A model generated the notes under the pieces. That model saw nothing but the letters and a program-made list of their open reading frames with translations. It made no database searches and had not been told where the DNA came from. A stretch of DNA of 47,960 bases from Methanosarcinales archaeon (GTDB taxonomy: Archaea; Halobacteriota; Methanosarcinia; Methanosarcinales; Methanogasteraceae), in NCBI GenBank assembly GCA_030672605.1, contig DAOVGE010000017.1, positions 1 to 47,960 on the forward strand, read 5' to 3'. The position numbers and the translations under genes were made by a program. Shown piece by piece: positions 1 through 9,067 of this stretch. Numbering within the stretch: position 1 is the stretch's first letter; the number at the start of each line of letters is the position of its first letter.

Positions 1-75
1 AATGGACGAATGGCACGAATTTATTCAGGTTTAGCATTCGTGAAATTCGTTTATTCGTGCCATTCGTGATCTCCA
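1..75 (-). repeat. Family-2 palindromic repeat (CACGAAT/ATTCGTG heptamer arrays), cut by the window edge
   Basis: CACGAAT x2, loop, then ATTCGT(G) x4 at 9-10 bp spacing. It is a near-identical reverse complement of 2811-2898. Confidence 0.8.
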
Positions 76-190
76 CGTCCCCAACACATCGCGGACATAA
101 TTTATCTACGAGATGTTTCAACGCGAATTACCAAAGAGCCACTTTTTCGTTTCGGAAGTGTTTGGCTCTCTGGCATCCGGAAACGCACAG

Positions 191-1912
191 TCACTGCAGA
201 TACAGGGCACCCGACCGCTTGATCAGTTCATCGCAGACAACGTCCGGTTTTCCATCCATTATGTACTCGCCATCATCAATCAGAATTGCGCGGTGCGAGA
301 CCTCCTTCACAAAATCGAGATGATGACTGATCAGAAGAATCGTCGTCCCGAACTGCTCATTGATCCGCTTCAGCGAGTTTGTGACATCGCGCAGCGTGAT
401 TGGATCCAGATCGCCGAACGGCTCATCAAGGAGCAGGATCTCCGGATGGGGTGCAAGCGTGATTGCGAGCATCGCCCGCACCTTTTCGCCGCCTGACAAC
501 TCCTGTGGGTACTTGTCCAGCACATCCATCGAGAGATCGAGAGTGCCGAAGACCGTTTCAGCGTACTTCACGGTTTCAGTGTGCGGAAAACGCGGGAACA
601 GCTCGCCGAAGATATCCGGAGAGTATCCGAGCGCTTCAAGTTTCTCCTTTGCATCGGTTCCCGGCATATCCACGAGCTGATATATCATATCCAGCACGTT
701 CTCTGTTATGCCAAGCTTTTCCGCCCGTTCCTGTGCATCATGCACCACATGCTGCCCTTTCACCCCGAGTTTGAATGCGAGTTGGTCAAGGATTACCTCG
801 TGAGGGCTCAATGCAAACTCCTGGAACATGATCCCGATTTTACTTCTGATCTCCATCCGCTTCTTGTGGTACGCGTTCATGAGCACCCATTCGCCTTCAT
901 GCCGGTAAAGCACCTCCCCCTTCTTTGGAAACAGGAAACCAGACAACATCTTCCAGAGAACCGTCTTCCCTGCGCCGCTCGGACCCACAATCGATGTGAT
1001 CTCCCCTTCGTTTATCGCGAAGTTGAGCGAGTTAAAACTCAGCGTCTCTCCTCCGACTGATATGAGATAAAACCTGTGTGAAACATCCTTCAATTGTATG
1101 ATCGGCTCCCTTTTGTCGGGGCTTCTTTTTGGTAAAGGTACCTGCTCAGGCATATTTTTCAGAAATTCTCCGAGTACGTACTTGGGATCGCCTTCATCAA
1201 TCACCTTGCCGTCCTCAAGCCATATCAACCGATCTACAAGATATCTGTGAACGTCGGGAAGGTGCGATGCGCAGAGCATGGTCAGCCCGGTTTCCCGGTT
1301 CACGTTCTTCAGCGTGTCGAGAACCTCCTGCTTGGTCTTGGGGCACGCCATCGTCGCTGGTTCGTCGAGCAGGAGTATCTTTGGCTTCATTGCAAGCTGC
1401 CTCGCTATGATTACCCGCTGTTTCTCGCCTCCACTCAGGACGTAATCCACATGCCACGCTTTGTCCTCCATCCCGACCATCCTGACATATCGCATCGCCT
1501 CTTCTTCCAGCGAGTCATAATCAGGCAGGTCTTTCGGAGGAATTCCTTCGTAGCCGATTCTGAGCGAATATATCTTCCTGAGAACATCGTTCACCACATA
1601 ATCCGACCATAACGCAAACGACCGCTGGAGATGTATCGCCGTATTCTTTTTGAGTTCTAAAAAAGTCTCTTTACTGGAGTCTGGTGTGACCTCGAGCCCA
1701 TCCAGTATCAGTTCCCCCTCATTGAACGTCTCAAACCCGCGGATGATATTCAAAAGCGTGCTCTTTCCGCCGCCACTGCGCCCTATCAGACCAACGATCT
1801 CCCCCGCATCAACGTTGAGACTGATTCCATCAAGCGCTCTCTTCGTCTCTGATCCAATACTGTAATCCTTTACGAGATTCTTAATTTCCAACATTCTTGT
1901 CATGTGTGTCAT
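191..1912 (-). CDS. atwA: Methyl-coenzyme M reductase system component A2 (tandem ABC ATPase)
   Basis: 573-aa ORF with two ABC cassettes: Walker A GRSGGGKST and GPSGAGKTV, signatures LSGGEKQR and LSGGEKVR. The N-terminus LEIKNLVKDY is AtwA-like. The start could be any of three Met codons (1912/1903/1894). Confidence 0.85.
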   Translation of the reverse strand: MTHMTRMLEIKNLVKDYSIGSETKRALDGISLNVDAGEIVGLIGRSGGGKSTLLNIIRGFETFNEGELILDGLEVTPDSSKETFLELKKNTAIHLQRSFALWSDYVVNDVLRKIYSLRIGYEGIPPKDLPDYDSLEEEAMRYVRMVGMEDKAWHVDYVLSGGEKQRVIIARQLAMKPKILLLDEPATMACPKTKQEVLDTLKNVNRETGLTMLCASHLPDVHRYLVDRLIWLEDGKVIDEGDPKYVLGEFLKNMPEQVPLPKRSPDKREPIIQLKDVSHRFYLISVGGETLSFNSLNFAINEGEITSIVGPSGAGKTVLWKMLSGFLFPKKGEVLYRHEGEWVLMNAYHKKRMEIRSKIGIMFQEFALSPHEVILDQLAFKLGVKGQHVVHDAQERAEKLGITENVLDMIYQLVDMPGTDAKEKLEALGYSPDIFGELFPRFPHTETVKYAETVFGTLDLSMDVLDKYPQELSGGEKVRAMLAITLAPHPEILLLDEPFGDLDPITLRDVTNSLKRINEQFGTTILLISHHLDFVKEVSHRAILIDDGEYIMDGKPDVVCDELIKRSGALYLQ

Positions 1913-2093
1913 AGCCTCCGGATGTGTGATGTGCGGAATATATGTGGTAAACCATTACGTTGGCAGGACGTGTATTTAACGTTTGGATTGTGTTTGGAGT
2001 GTGTCAGGATTGTGGCTGCCTGATTCGGATGTGGATCTGTGGGATTGCAGTCTTAGGTCAGATTAATAGTCATTCGGACAAACCACCCAACCA

Positions 2094-2750
2094 ATGCTCA
2101 CAATCACAGTTGTCACCAGAGGTAAGTATGGGGAGCGTGCGATTCTGACGATTGAGGAGAAGACTGACTTTGTGGTTACCCGGATCTCTGTTCCGGAAGC
2201 TCTGCCGGAGTTTATCGAAGATACAAAACCATACACAAAGAATACAAGCATCTCCTCCGGCGCCCCGCCCGATCTTGTGATCATATTCGCGCTTCACCCC
2301 GACCTTACGCCCGCATTCGCAGCCTGCGCGGCAGAATCGGGCGCGGGTGCGGTAATCGTATCCGGAAGCGACACAGCCGAACTGCGAAAGATCGCTGAGC
2401 GGTACCGGATGCACATCCACGCAGACGAGATATGCTGCTCGCTTCTGCCATGCGGGGATCGGGTAATCGATGAATTCGCAAGCGTTCTCGGAAGACCTCG
2501 ATTCAGGGTGGTGGTTACGGATGGGGTCATCCGGGATGTGCGCGTCATCAGAGGATCGCCGTGCGGCGCAAGCTGGTGGGCAGCCTCACAACTGATCGGA
2601 ACTCCGGTTGCGGATGCACCGGGAAGAGCCGGGCTCCTCGTGCAGCAATACCCGTGTCGCGCCGTGCGCGGTACGCGTGGCGGGATTCACAGGTCAGCAG
2701 AACTTCACAAAAAGGCAATCGAGGAGGCACTGGCAGATGTGGCTCTTTGA
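2094..2750 (+). CDS. DUF166-like conserved archaeal Cys-containing protein
   Basis: 218-aa ORF divergent from atwA. It carries the conserved-looking blocks HPD...CCSLLPCG...GRPRF...RGSPCG...YPC recalled from DUF166 proteins. The family call is from memory only. Confidence 0.55.
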   Translation: MLTITVVTRGKYGERAILTIEEKTDFVVTRISVPEALPEFIEDTKPYTKNTSISSGAPPDLVIIFALHPDLTPAFAACAAESGAGAVIVSGSDTAELRKIAERYRMHIHADEICCSLLPCGDRVIDEFASVLGRPRFRVVVTDGVIRDVRVIRGSPCGASWWAASQLIGTPVADAPGRAGLLVQQYPCRAVRGTRGGIHRSAELHKKAIEEALADVAL

Positions 2751-2810
2751 CAATTCGCGTATGCCAGGCATCTCGTAGATGAATCTTGCCTGTGTAGTAT
2801 TAAGTGCGTA

Positions 2811-2898
2811 GGGATCACGAATTTCACGAATAAACGAATTTCACGAATGCTAAACCGTAATAAATTCGTGTCATTCGTCCATTCGTTAAATTCGCGAT
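2811..2898 (+). repeat. Family-2 palindromic repeat, complete copy
   Basis: gggatCACGAATttCACGAATaaACGAATttCACGAATg, loop, ATTCGTGtcATTCGTCcATTCGTtaaATTCGCG. Inverted relative to the copy at 1-75. Confidence 0.85.
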
Positions 2899-3108
2899 AA
2901 AAACTGTTGGAAATAGACCAAATTCTTAATAAACTCCTCGAAACCAGAGTAGAGCGAGTTTTGGTAAATAACCGATGTGACTGGTCGTTTGAACACCTTC
3001 ACGCGAGATATCAGAGAGCCGCAGATGTGGGGGCATGATGTGTCTGATATGTCTGATGTGTCGAATAGGTCAGCAGCAGAACAAGTGCTCTCAGAAATCC
3101 AGAAGCGA

Positions 3109-3654
3109 TCACGCACCTGCGATCTCCCGCATAAACCGACTCTTGATCTCCGCGGGCATTAGGTCGATGATCGGCACATTCGCGTTCCCCACAGCCACTC
3201 TAACGACAATCACGCCGGATTCGTGCACGCCGGATCGCAGCGCATCCATTGTTGAGATCGTTCGCACGCTGTGCACACCTGCCCCGGACGCAATCGCTGC
3301 CAGATCAGTCTCCTGCGCTGTTGCGGTCGATTGGCATCCGGTCGATCCATAACACTGATTATCCAATACGATCAGCAGATAGTTTTCGGGCGCATGGTTT
3401 GCGATTGTTGCAAGAGAGCCCAGGTTCATCAGAAGCGAGCCGTCACCATCGAGAACCACGACCTTGCGCGGCTGCGCCAGCGCCAATCCAAGCCCGATCG
3501 ACGATGCGAGCCCCATTGAGCCAAGCATGTAAAAATGCGTCCTTTTGTCGTCTGATGCGTACAGTTCCCTACTTGGATACCCGATATTGCAGATCACAAG
3601 CTCATCAGTCAGTTCTGCAGCGATTGCCTCAATTGCCGATACGCGCGTAATCAC
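3109..3654 (-). CDS. comE: Sulfopyruvate decarboxylase beta subunit (TPP-binding), coenzyme M biosynthesis
   Basis: 181-aa ORF with GTG start. It has the TPP-binding motif LDGDGSLLMNLGSLATI...N, and its size and sequence are typical of ComE. Confidence 0.75.
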   Translation of the reverse strand: MITRVSAIEAIAAELTDELVICNIGYPSRELYASDDKRTHFYMLGSMGLASSIGLGLALAQPRKVVVLDGDGSLLMNLGSLATIANHAPENYLLIVLDNQCYGSTGCQSTATAQETDLAAIASGAGVHSVRTISTMDALRSGVHESGVIVVRVAVGNANVPIIDLMPAEIKSRFMREIAGA

Positions 3655-3676
3655 AGTGATGTAATCGAGCCCATGG

Positions 3677-3690
3677 TATATATTTATACA
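3677..3690. promoter_or_regulatory. TATA-like AT-rich box shared by divergent comE and DUF1464 genes
   Basis: tatatatttataca is centred about 30 bp from both start codons (3654 on the minus strand, 3714 on the plus strand). This fits leaderless archaeal transcripts. Confidence 0.4.
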
Positions 3691-3713
3691 TCCGAAGCCA
3701 CTATCACATCCTT

Positions 3714-4754
3714 ATGTCATGCGTTGTTGGAATTGATCCCGGCACAAAGAGCTTCGATCTCCTCGGGCTGGACTGCGATTGTGACGAGATCGTCCTTGAC
3801 GTAGCGATACCCACGAAACAAATCGCAGCAGACCCTGAATCGGTGACCGATGAGCTGGAGCGGCTTGACCCGGATCTCATAGTCGGACCCTCCGGGTACG
3901 GGATACCTGTCAAGAAAATCTCAGATATAACGCCCATGGACATTTTTCTGATGTCGCTTGTCTCAGAGGGTGATAAAAAATCGATACTCGGAATGCGCGG
4001 GTTAATCGAGACGCTCAAGAAACACAATCTTCCAGTCTATTTCATCCCGGGGGTCATACACCTTCCAACGGTTCCATCCTATCGAAAGATCAACAGAATT
4101 GACATGGGCACCCCTGACAAGCTCTGCTCATGTGCGCTCGCAGTTCGGGATCAGGCAACAAGGCGCAACATCGATTATGACCAGACGTCGCTTGTATTGC
4201 TGGAGATTGGTTTTGCGCACACCGCTGCAATCGCTGTTGATTCGGGGCGGGTTGTGGACGGCATCGGCGGGAGCAGTGGTGGAATCGGCTTCCTCTCGAT
4301 GGGTGCGATGGACTCTGAACTCGCATACATGCTCCGCGGGTTTCCCAAAGAGTTTGTAACAAGCAGGGGTGCACGAACGCTTGCCGGAAGCAAGATTGCG
4401 CCGGAGGAACTTGTGCTGCACGATTATGCGTGGCGTGCATTCGCAGAGGGTGCAGTCAAGAATGTTTGCGCACTCATAGCAACACTCGCACCGGAAGAGG
4501 TGCTGCTCTCTGGCAGATTGTCAAAGATTCCTGAGATTAAGGCGGACTTGACCGAACGACTGGAGCTGATTGCGCCTGTTCGGTTGGTGAATGGGTTAAA
4601 CGGCGTAAGGATCGCAAAGGAATCGGCACAGGGCGCTGCGTTGATCGCAAGTGGGCTTGCACATGGGCGCTACGAGAGCCTCGTAGAGGCGATGAAGATC
4701 ACTGAAGCGCGTGGCACTGTCCTCGATTATGCGAATCTGGATACTCAGCAGTAG
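3714..4754 (+). CDS. DUF1464-like ASKHA-fold (sugar kinase/Hsp70/actin superfamily) protein
   Basis: 346-aa ORF. The N-terminal VVGIDPGTKSFDL phosphate-1-type motif and a later GIGGSSGGIGF glycine-rich motif fit the ASKHA fold. The family name is from memory. Confidence 0.55.
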   Translation: MSCVVGIDPGTKSFDLLGLDCDCDEIVLDVAIPTKQIAADPESVTDELERLDPDLIVGPSGYGIPVKKISDITPMDIFLMSLVSEGDKKSILGMRGLIETLKKHNLPVYFIPGVIHLPTVPSYRKINRIDMGTPDKLCSCALAVRDQATRRNIDYDQTSLVLLEIGFAHTAAIAVDSGRVVDGIGGSSGGIGFLSMGAMDSELAYMLRGFPKEFVTSRGARTLAGSKIAPEELVLHDYAWRAFAEGAVKNVCALIATLAPEEVLLSGRLSKIPEIKADLTERLELIAPVRLVNGLNGVRIAKESAQGAALIASGLAHGRYESLVEAMKITEARGTVLDYANLDTQQ

Positions 4755-4955
4755 CACGATTGTGGCACAATCGTGACATTACAATAGCACACCATTCACA
4801 ATCCTCTATATATCAGTGTCACGCCAATCTATCTTTTACCACGAGTATTTTGGCAGTAGAAATCCGCTCGCGTGGGACTACACAATGGGGTAACAAAGGC
4901 GTGGGCGCAGCCCGGAAATCGGGCTGCGTTGTCATAATTCAAAGGAGTAACGACT

Positions 4956-5090
4956 ATGGCAATTCTGAACAAATGTCCGAAATGCAACTCTGAACTGGAA
5001 CTGGTAGCAGATATGCAGATATGCTACCGATGCGATTACTGGACTCGGAAGGGGACGGCTCGACTTGATTTTGTGCTCTTCGACGCGTAG
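4956..5090 (+). CDS. Small zinc-ribbon protein (44 aa)
   Basis: It translates as MAILNKCPKCNSELELVADMQICYRCDYW..., with two CxxC pairs. An aaaggag Shine-Dalgarno-like box lies upstream of the ATG. It is below the ORF-track size cut-off. Confidence 0.45.
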   Translation: MAILNKCPKCNSELELVADMQICYRCDYWTRKGTARLDFVLFDA

Positions 5091-5185
5091 GCGAAAACTG
5101 TGCAGGGGATACGGGTTATGGGGGCGGTACAGAACGTGAGTTCTGCCCTAACAACTAAATACGGGAAGCATGAAATACGGCATGC

Positions 5186-6100
5186 ATGCTCCGCATAATC
5201 TTTCTGGGAACTGGTGGCTCGCTACCGACGCCGCATAGGAACCCATCTGCCGTTCTGATCAACCGCGAAGGCGAACTCTTACTCTTCGATTGTGGCGAAG
5301 GGACACAACGGCAAATGATGCGTGCGAAGACCGGGATGATGAAGCTATCGTCGATCTTTATCACACATCTGCATGCCGACCACATCCTCGGCATACCTGG
5401 ACTGATCCAGACCATGTCCTTCCACGGACGGGAGGCGCCGCTCTTCATATATGTGCCGGAGAGGTCAGAGGAGCAGATCGCATACCTGACACGAATCGGA
5501 TACACCAGACCCGGGTTCGAGGTGCGGATTACGGAGCTCTCGCCCGGCGATGTGGTCGAGCGGGGCGAGTATGAGGTCATAGCCATCAGAACCGAGCACA
5601 ATATACCGTCGATTGGATATGCGCTCTCTGAAAATCAGCGAATAGGCAGGTTCAACCGCGAGCGAGCAGTCGAACTGGGGGTTCCACCGGGACCGCTATT
5701 CTCCAGATTGCAGCATGGCGAGAGCATTGCCGTGGACGGGGGGATGGTGCATCCTGATGATGTGCTTGGCAGTCCCAGACCCGGGCGGTGCGTCGTCTAT
5801 ACCGGGGACACCAGACCAACCGATGAGGTGCTTGAGGCGAGCCGTGGCGCAGATCTGCTGATCCATGACAGTAGCCTTACGCACGATCTCATTGATTGGG
5901 CGCATGAGACGATGCATTCCACAGCAAGAGAGGCGGCACTCCTTGCAAAGGAGGCAGATGTGCGGGAACTGGTACTGACTCACATCAGTTCCAGATATGC
6001 GGATCCGACACCGATTTTAGAGGATGCCGAGAAGGTCTTTGACCGGGTGCGGGTTGCAAGGGATCTTCTGGAGATTGAGATTCCGTACCGTGACTCGTGA
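5186..6100 (+). CDS. rnz: Ribonuclease Z (tRNA 3' processing endonuclease)
   Basis: 304 aa with the metallo-beta-lactamase motif ITHLHADH and an N-terminus IIFLGTGGSLPTPHRNPSAVLI typical of RNase Z. Confidence 0.9.
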   Translation: MLRIIFLGTGGSLPTPHRNPSAVLINREGELLLFDCGEGTQRQMMRAKTGMMKLSSIFITHLHADHILGIPGLIQTMSFHGREAPLFIYVPERSEEQIAYLTRIGYTRPGFEVRITELSPGDVVERGEYEVIAIRTEHNIPSIGYALSENQRIGRFNRERAVELGVPPGPLFSRLQHGESIAVDGGMVHPDDVLGSPRPGRCVVYTGDTRPTDEVLEASRGADLLIHDSSLTHDLIDWAHETMHSTAREAALLAKEADVRELVLTHISSRYADPTPILEDAEKVFDRVRVARDLLEIEIPYRDS

Positions 6101-6488
6101 ATCTTAATCATCTGTGTGTTATCGGCAGGATCTCCTGTAAAAAGGGATTAAATCACGGAATGATTTTGCTTACCTGGTAATCTGCGTTACAACCATCTCG
6201 CCGATGAATGAAGTAAATAAGAAGTCCCCCTGCCACGACCGAGTGCTTTAAGCTGGTTGTGACTATCTATTCAAAAATGCCGGGACGACGCCGACGCGCG
6301 CAACTCACCATCTGATCACGATCACGTCATGCCATGCCGTGCGCAGCGCCTCTTGAGGAGACTGGCGAAGTGATTAAGAGGATGGAAGCGATAGGGAGCA
6401 TGCGCCGGAAAAGGGCACCCCGGGATTGATCAGCGTGAGGCAGCACCATATACAATAAGAATCACGCACACAATACGATGGTGAAATC

Positions 6489-7304
6489 ATGAAAACCGAA
6501 GAAGATATGGATCAGGAAAAACGCTTGAACGAGCGTATGAGTAAAGTAAAGCATAAAATAATGGTTATGAGCGGGAAAGGTGGCGTTGGAAAGACCACGG
6601 TGTCTGTTAACCTCGCGCTAACCCTTGCAGCAAAGGGGTACGAGGTTGGGATCCTGGACGCAGACATTCACGGACCGAACGTCCCTAAAATGCTCGGAAT
6701 CGAGGATGTGCGCCCCGATGTTTCTGAGGACGGCATCGCGCCGGTCCTGGTGCCTCCGCGGGTGAAGGTTATGTCGCTTGCATTCCTGCTTGCCAGCAAA
6801 GACACGCCAGTGGTGTGGAGGGGTCCACTCAAGATGGGTGCGATCAAGCAGTTCCTCTCGGATGTCTTCTGGGGCGACCTGGATTGTCTCATAATCGACC
6901 TCCCACCCGGAACCGGCGACGAGCCGCTGAGCGTTGCTCAGTTGATCCCAAATCTCGATGGGGCGATTGTTGTCACCACACCACAGGATGTTGCGCTCCT
7001 GGATTCGAGGAAGTCGGTCACCTTCGCAAAAGAGCTTGGCATGCCGGTTATCGGGATCGTGGAGAACATGAGCGGGTTCAAGTGCCCGAAATGCGGCGAG
7101 ACAATCGATTTATTCAAGATCGGCGGTGGAGAGCATGCCGCCTCCGACATGAATGTTCCGTTCTTGGGCAGAATCCCAATCGAAGTCACGATCGTTGAAT
7201 CTGGCGACAGCGGAATTCCCTTCGTTCTGGAGCATGACTCCGAGGCTGCCAGTGCCTTTGAGGCGATCGTTGATGCGATCGAGCAATTCGTGAAAGGTGA
7301 TTGA
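6489..7304 (+). CDS. mrp: Mrp/NBP35/ApbC-family Fe-S cluster carrier ATPase
   Basis: Deviant Walker [11 protein letters not shown] and a CPKCG (CxxC) cluster-ligand motif near the C-terminus. Confidence 0.85.
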   Translation: MKTEEDMDQEKRLNERMSKVKHKIMVMSGKGGVGKTTVSVNLALTLAAKGYEVGILDADIHGPNVPKMLGIEDVRPDVSEDGIAPVLVPPRVKVMSLAFLLASKDTPVVWRGPLKMGAIKQFLSDVFWGDLDCLIIDLPPGTGDEPLSVAQLIPNLDGAIVVTTPQDVALLDSRKSVTFAKELGMPVIGIVENMSGFKCPKCGETIDLFKIGGGEHAASDMNVPFLGRIPIEVTIVESGDSGIPFVLEHDSEAASAFEAIVDAIEQFVKGD

Positions 7305-7645
7305 TCGTGAAGATATGTGTAACCGCGGCAGGACCTGATATAGATGCAGCAATCGATCCAAAATTCGGGAGATGCCCGTATTTCGTGATCGTGGACTCGG
7401 AGACGATGGAATACGAGGCGGTGCAGAATTCGAGCATGGATGCATCGAGCGGCGCAGGGATTCAGGCGGCACAGACCGTCTCCGGCAAGGGCGCAGGCGT
7501 TGTCATAACCGGGCATCTGGGACCGAACGCTGTTCAGACGCTCACCGCCGCAGGGATTAAGATGATGACCGGTGCAAGCGGCACGGTCCGCGATGCTGCC
7601 CAACAGTACATGAACGGCGAGCTTTCGGAAGCAGGTATGGCGTAA
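7301..7645 (+). CDS. NifB/NifX-like (FeMo-cofactor-binding domain family) small protein
   Basis: KICVTAAG...[11 protein letters not shown]...[14 protein letters not shown] is typical of this family. The TTG start at 7301 overlaps the mrp stop. GTG at 7307 is an alternative start. Confidence 0.75.
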   Translation: MIVKICVTAAGPDIDAAIDPKFGRCPYFVIVDSETMEYEAVQNSSMDASSGAGIQAAQTVSGKGAGVVITGHLGPNAVQTLTAAGIKMMTGASGTVRDAAQQYMNGELSEAGMA

Positions 7646-7738
7646 ACGTTCGGATGCCAGTGAACGGATCATGAAATACCAGATCGCAATCGATAGGTGT
7701 GCCGGCTGCGGAGCGTATGTTGGTATGTGCAAGTGCAG

Positions 7739-7915
7739 ATGAATCAAGCAGATGAAAGAGTACAGGGCATTGGAAGAGGCGGCGGACGGCAAGGTTTTGG
7801 TTTGGTTCGGACGTGCAGATGCCCAAACTGCGGATACACGAAGCCGCAACAGCCAGGCAAACCGTGCTTCAGTCAGGCGTGCCCGAGGTGCGGAACAGTG
7901 ATGGTCGGGGAATGA
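7739..7915 (+). CDS. Small GRG-rich zinc-ribbon protein (58 aa)
   Basis: GIGRGGGRQGFG followed by CRCPNCG...CPRCG. The ATG at 7739 overlaps (ATGA) the stop of a 23-codon Cys-rich mini-ORF. The supplied ORF 7697-7915 is the same frame with an upstream alternative start. Confidence 0.4.
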   Translation: MNQADERVQGIGRGGGRQGFGLVRTCRCPNCGYTKPQQPGKPCFSQACPRCGTVMVGE

Positions 7916-7990
7916 ATACTGCGCAGTAACTACTCAAGTATGTTGATTGGTCTACCGATTGCGATTCTATGCTTTCTGGCAAGAAAAATA

Positions 7991-8053
7991 ACCGCGGAGG
8001 GTAACAGAGGAACGCGGGAGAGCTGTAGCATCCTCCGCGCACTTTGCGGTTAA
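7991..8053. repeat. Family-5 palindromic repeat (CGCGGAGG / CAGAGG motif arms)
   Basis: accgcggagggtaacagaggaacgcgggag ... tcctccgcgcactttgcggttaa. Related copies lie at 11043-11152, 36690-36753 and 36799-36873. Confidence 0.6.
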
Positions 8054-8365
8054 ATTCCCGTATGGCTCATGTTGTGTTCCGGGTCAAGCAGTGTCGGTAT
8101 AGCGAGGTCGCGTGATACTGTTTTAGGTACCCATGTAGTTACACTGTGCAATACCAGAAATCGGTCTCAATTTTTTACGGGCGGGGCATGGGAACTCGTT
8201 GAAGAGACGCAGCCCCGGCGCAATGTCGAACAGGAAGTCGCAAAGGTAAAATACTGTCACATACATAATTGATGATGCGGGGGATATGACTTGGATAGTA
8301 TAAACAGACAAATTGCAACGCCTGTAGAACTATGGCACTCACAGGGATGCGGATCACCAACAGTG

Positions 8366-9067
8366 ATGCTACTATCGATATTGGTCATTTGCGTTCTGGC
8401 GGTTCCGGCATCCGCAATCAATTTCAACACACCGGAATCAACAGTGGCAGAGGTTATGGCAGATCCGGAGTATTACGACGGCACGATCACGATCGGAACA
8501 ATTGCGATCGTTGGAACGCTCACAAACATCTCTTGCGATGTGCGTATCAGCGAAGGAGAACAGAGTATCGCAGTTGACACAAGGGACAGGTCGATGTTCG
8601 AGGGGTTCGAGGAGGGCGATACCGCGAAGATGATCGGGATTTTCTATTATAAACGGGTCGGGGAAAGTGTCTTCGACCCGGAATGCGCCATTCACTGGCC
8701 CATTGCAGACTCCAAAACGGTCTCGATTCCGGAACTGATGGAAAACCCGCAAGCATACAACGGCAGGAAGATAACCGTAATCGGTAACCTCACCGACGTC
8801 AGGGAGTCCGGTATGGGCTACCGGATGGATGTCGAGGACGGTGGACGGTATCTCGATATCAAGTTTTATGGCAGAACCCTGCTTGAGGCAGGAACCGTGG
8901 TTAAGGCTACCGGAATATTCGTTGGGGGCACAATGCATGCGGATACCGTTGCAAAGCGCGAAACGCTGCCGTTCGGCATCGCAATTCCGGGATTCTCAGG
9001 GCTGCTTGCAGCAGGCATGCTCGCATTCGCACTCGTTGTTGCCAGCCGCACAATCTCAAAGAGATGA
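8366..9067 (+). CDS. Secreted protein with duplicated OB-like domain and PGF-CTERM membrane anchor
   Basis: Signal peptide MLLSILVICVLAVPASA. Two homologous about 95-aa halves begin EVMADPEYYDGTITIG.. and ELMENPQAYNGRKITVIG... The C-terminus is PGFSGLLAAGMLAFALVVASRTISKR (PGF, then a TM helix, then a basic tail). Confidence 0.7.
   Translation: MLLSILVICVLAVPASAINFNTPESTVAEVMADPEYYDGTITIGTIAIVGTLTNISCDVRISEGEQSIAVDTRDRSMFEGFEEGDTAKMIGIFYYKRVGESVFDPECAIHWPIADSKTVSIPELMENPQAYNGRKITVIGNLTDVRESGMGYRMDVEDGGRYLDIKFYGRTLLEAGTVVKATGIFVGGTMHADTVAKRETLPFGIAIPGFSGLLAAGMLAFALVVASRTISKR

Noticed and set aside
2886-3162. ORFs 2886-3116 (-) and 2977-3162 (+) in the comE downstream region, including the small tandem tgtctgata/tgtctgatg/tgtcgaata.
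   Set aside because: They overlap each other, the repeat at 2811-2898 and the comE 3' end. No motifs or translation signals were found.
6101-6488. 388-bp gene-free region upstream of mrp. It holds short ORFs (MPGRRRRAQLTI at about 6278, and a 31-codon ORF at about 6339) that might be remnants of the DUF134-type regulator often found in such clusters, or a structured leader RNA.
   Set aside because: The peptides are too short and do not match the DUF134 pattern I remember. I could not identify a convincing conserved stem-loop by eye. A covariance-model scan (Rfam) would be needed.
6938-7849. 303-aa minus-strand ORF.
   Set aside because: It is antisense to the well-supported mrp and nifX-like genes. 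It has a Cys/Ser/Arg-rich low-information composition typical of shadow ORFs in GC-rich coding DNA.
9065-9067. TGA recoding (selenocysteine or read-through) joining the PGF-CTERM protein to the in-frame dockerin-like sequence.
   Set aside because: A PGF-CTERM signal functions only at the extreme C-terminus. I saw no SECIS-like hairpin. The downstream sequence needs an additional frameshift, so a decayed fragment is the simpler explanation.
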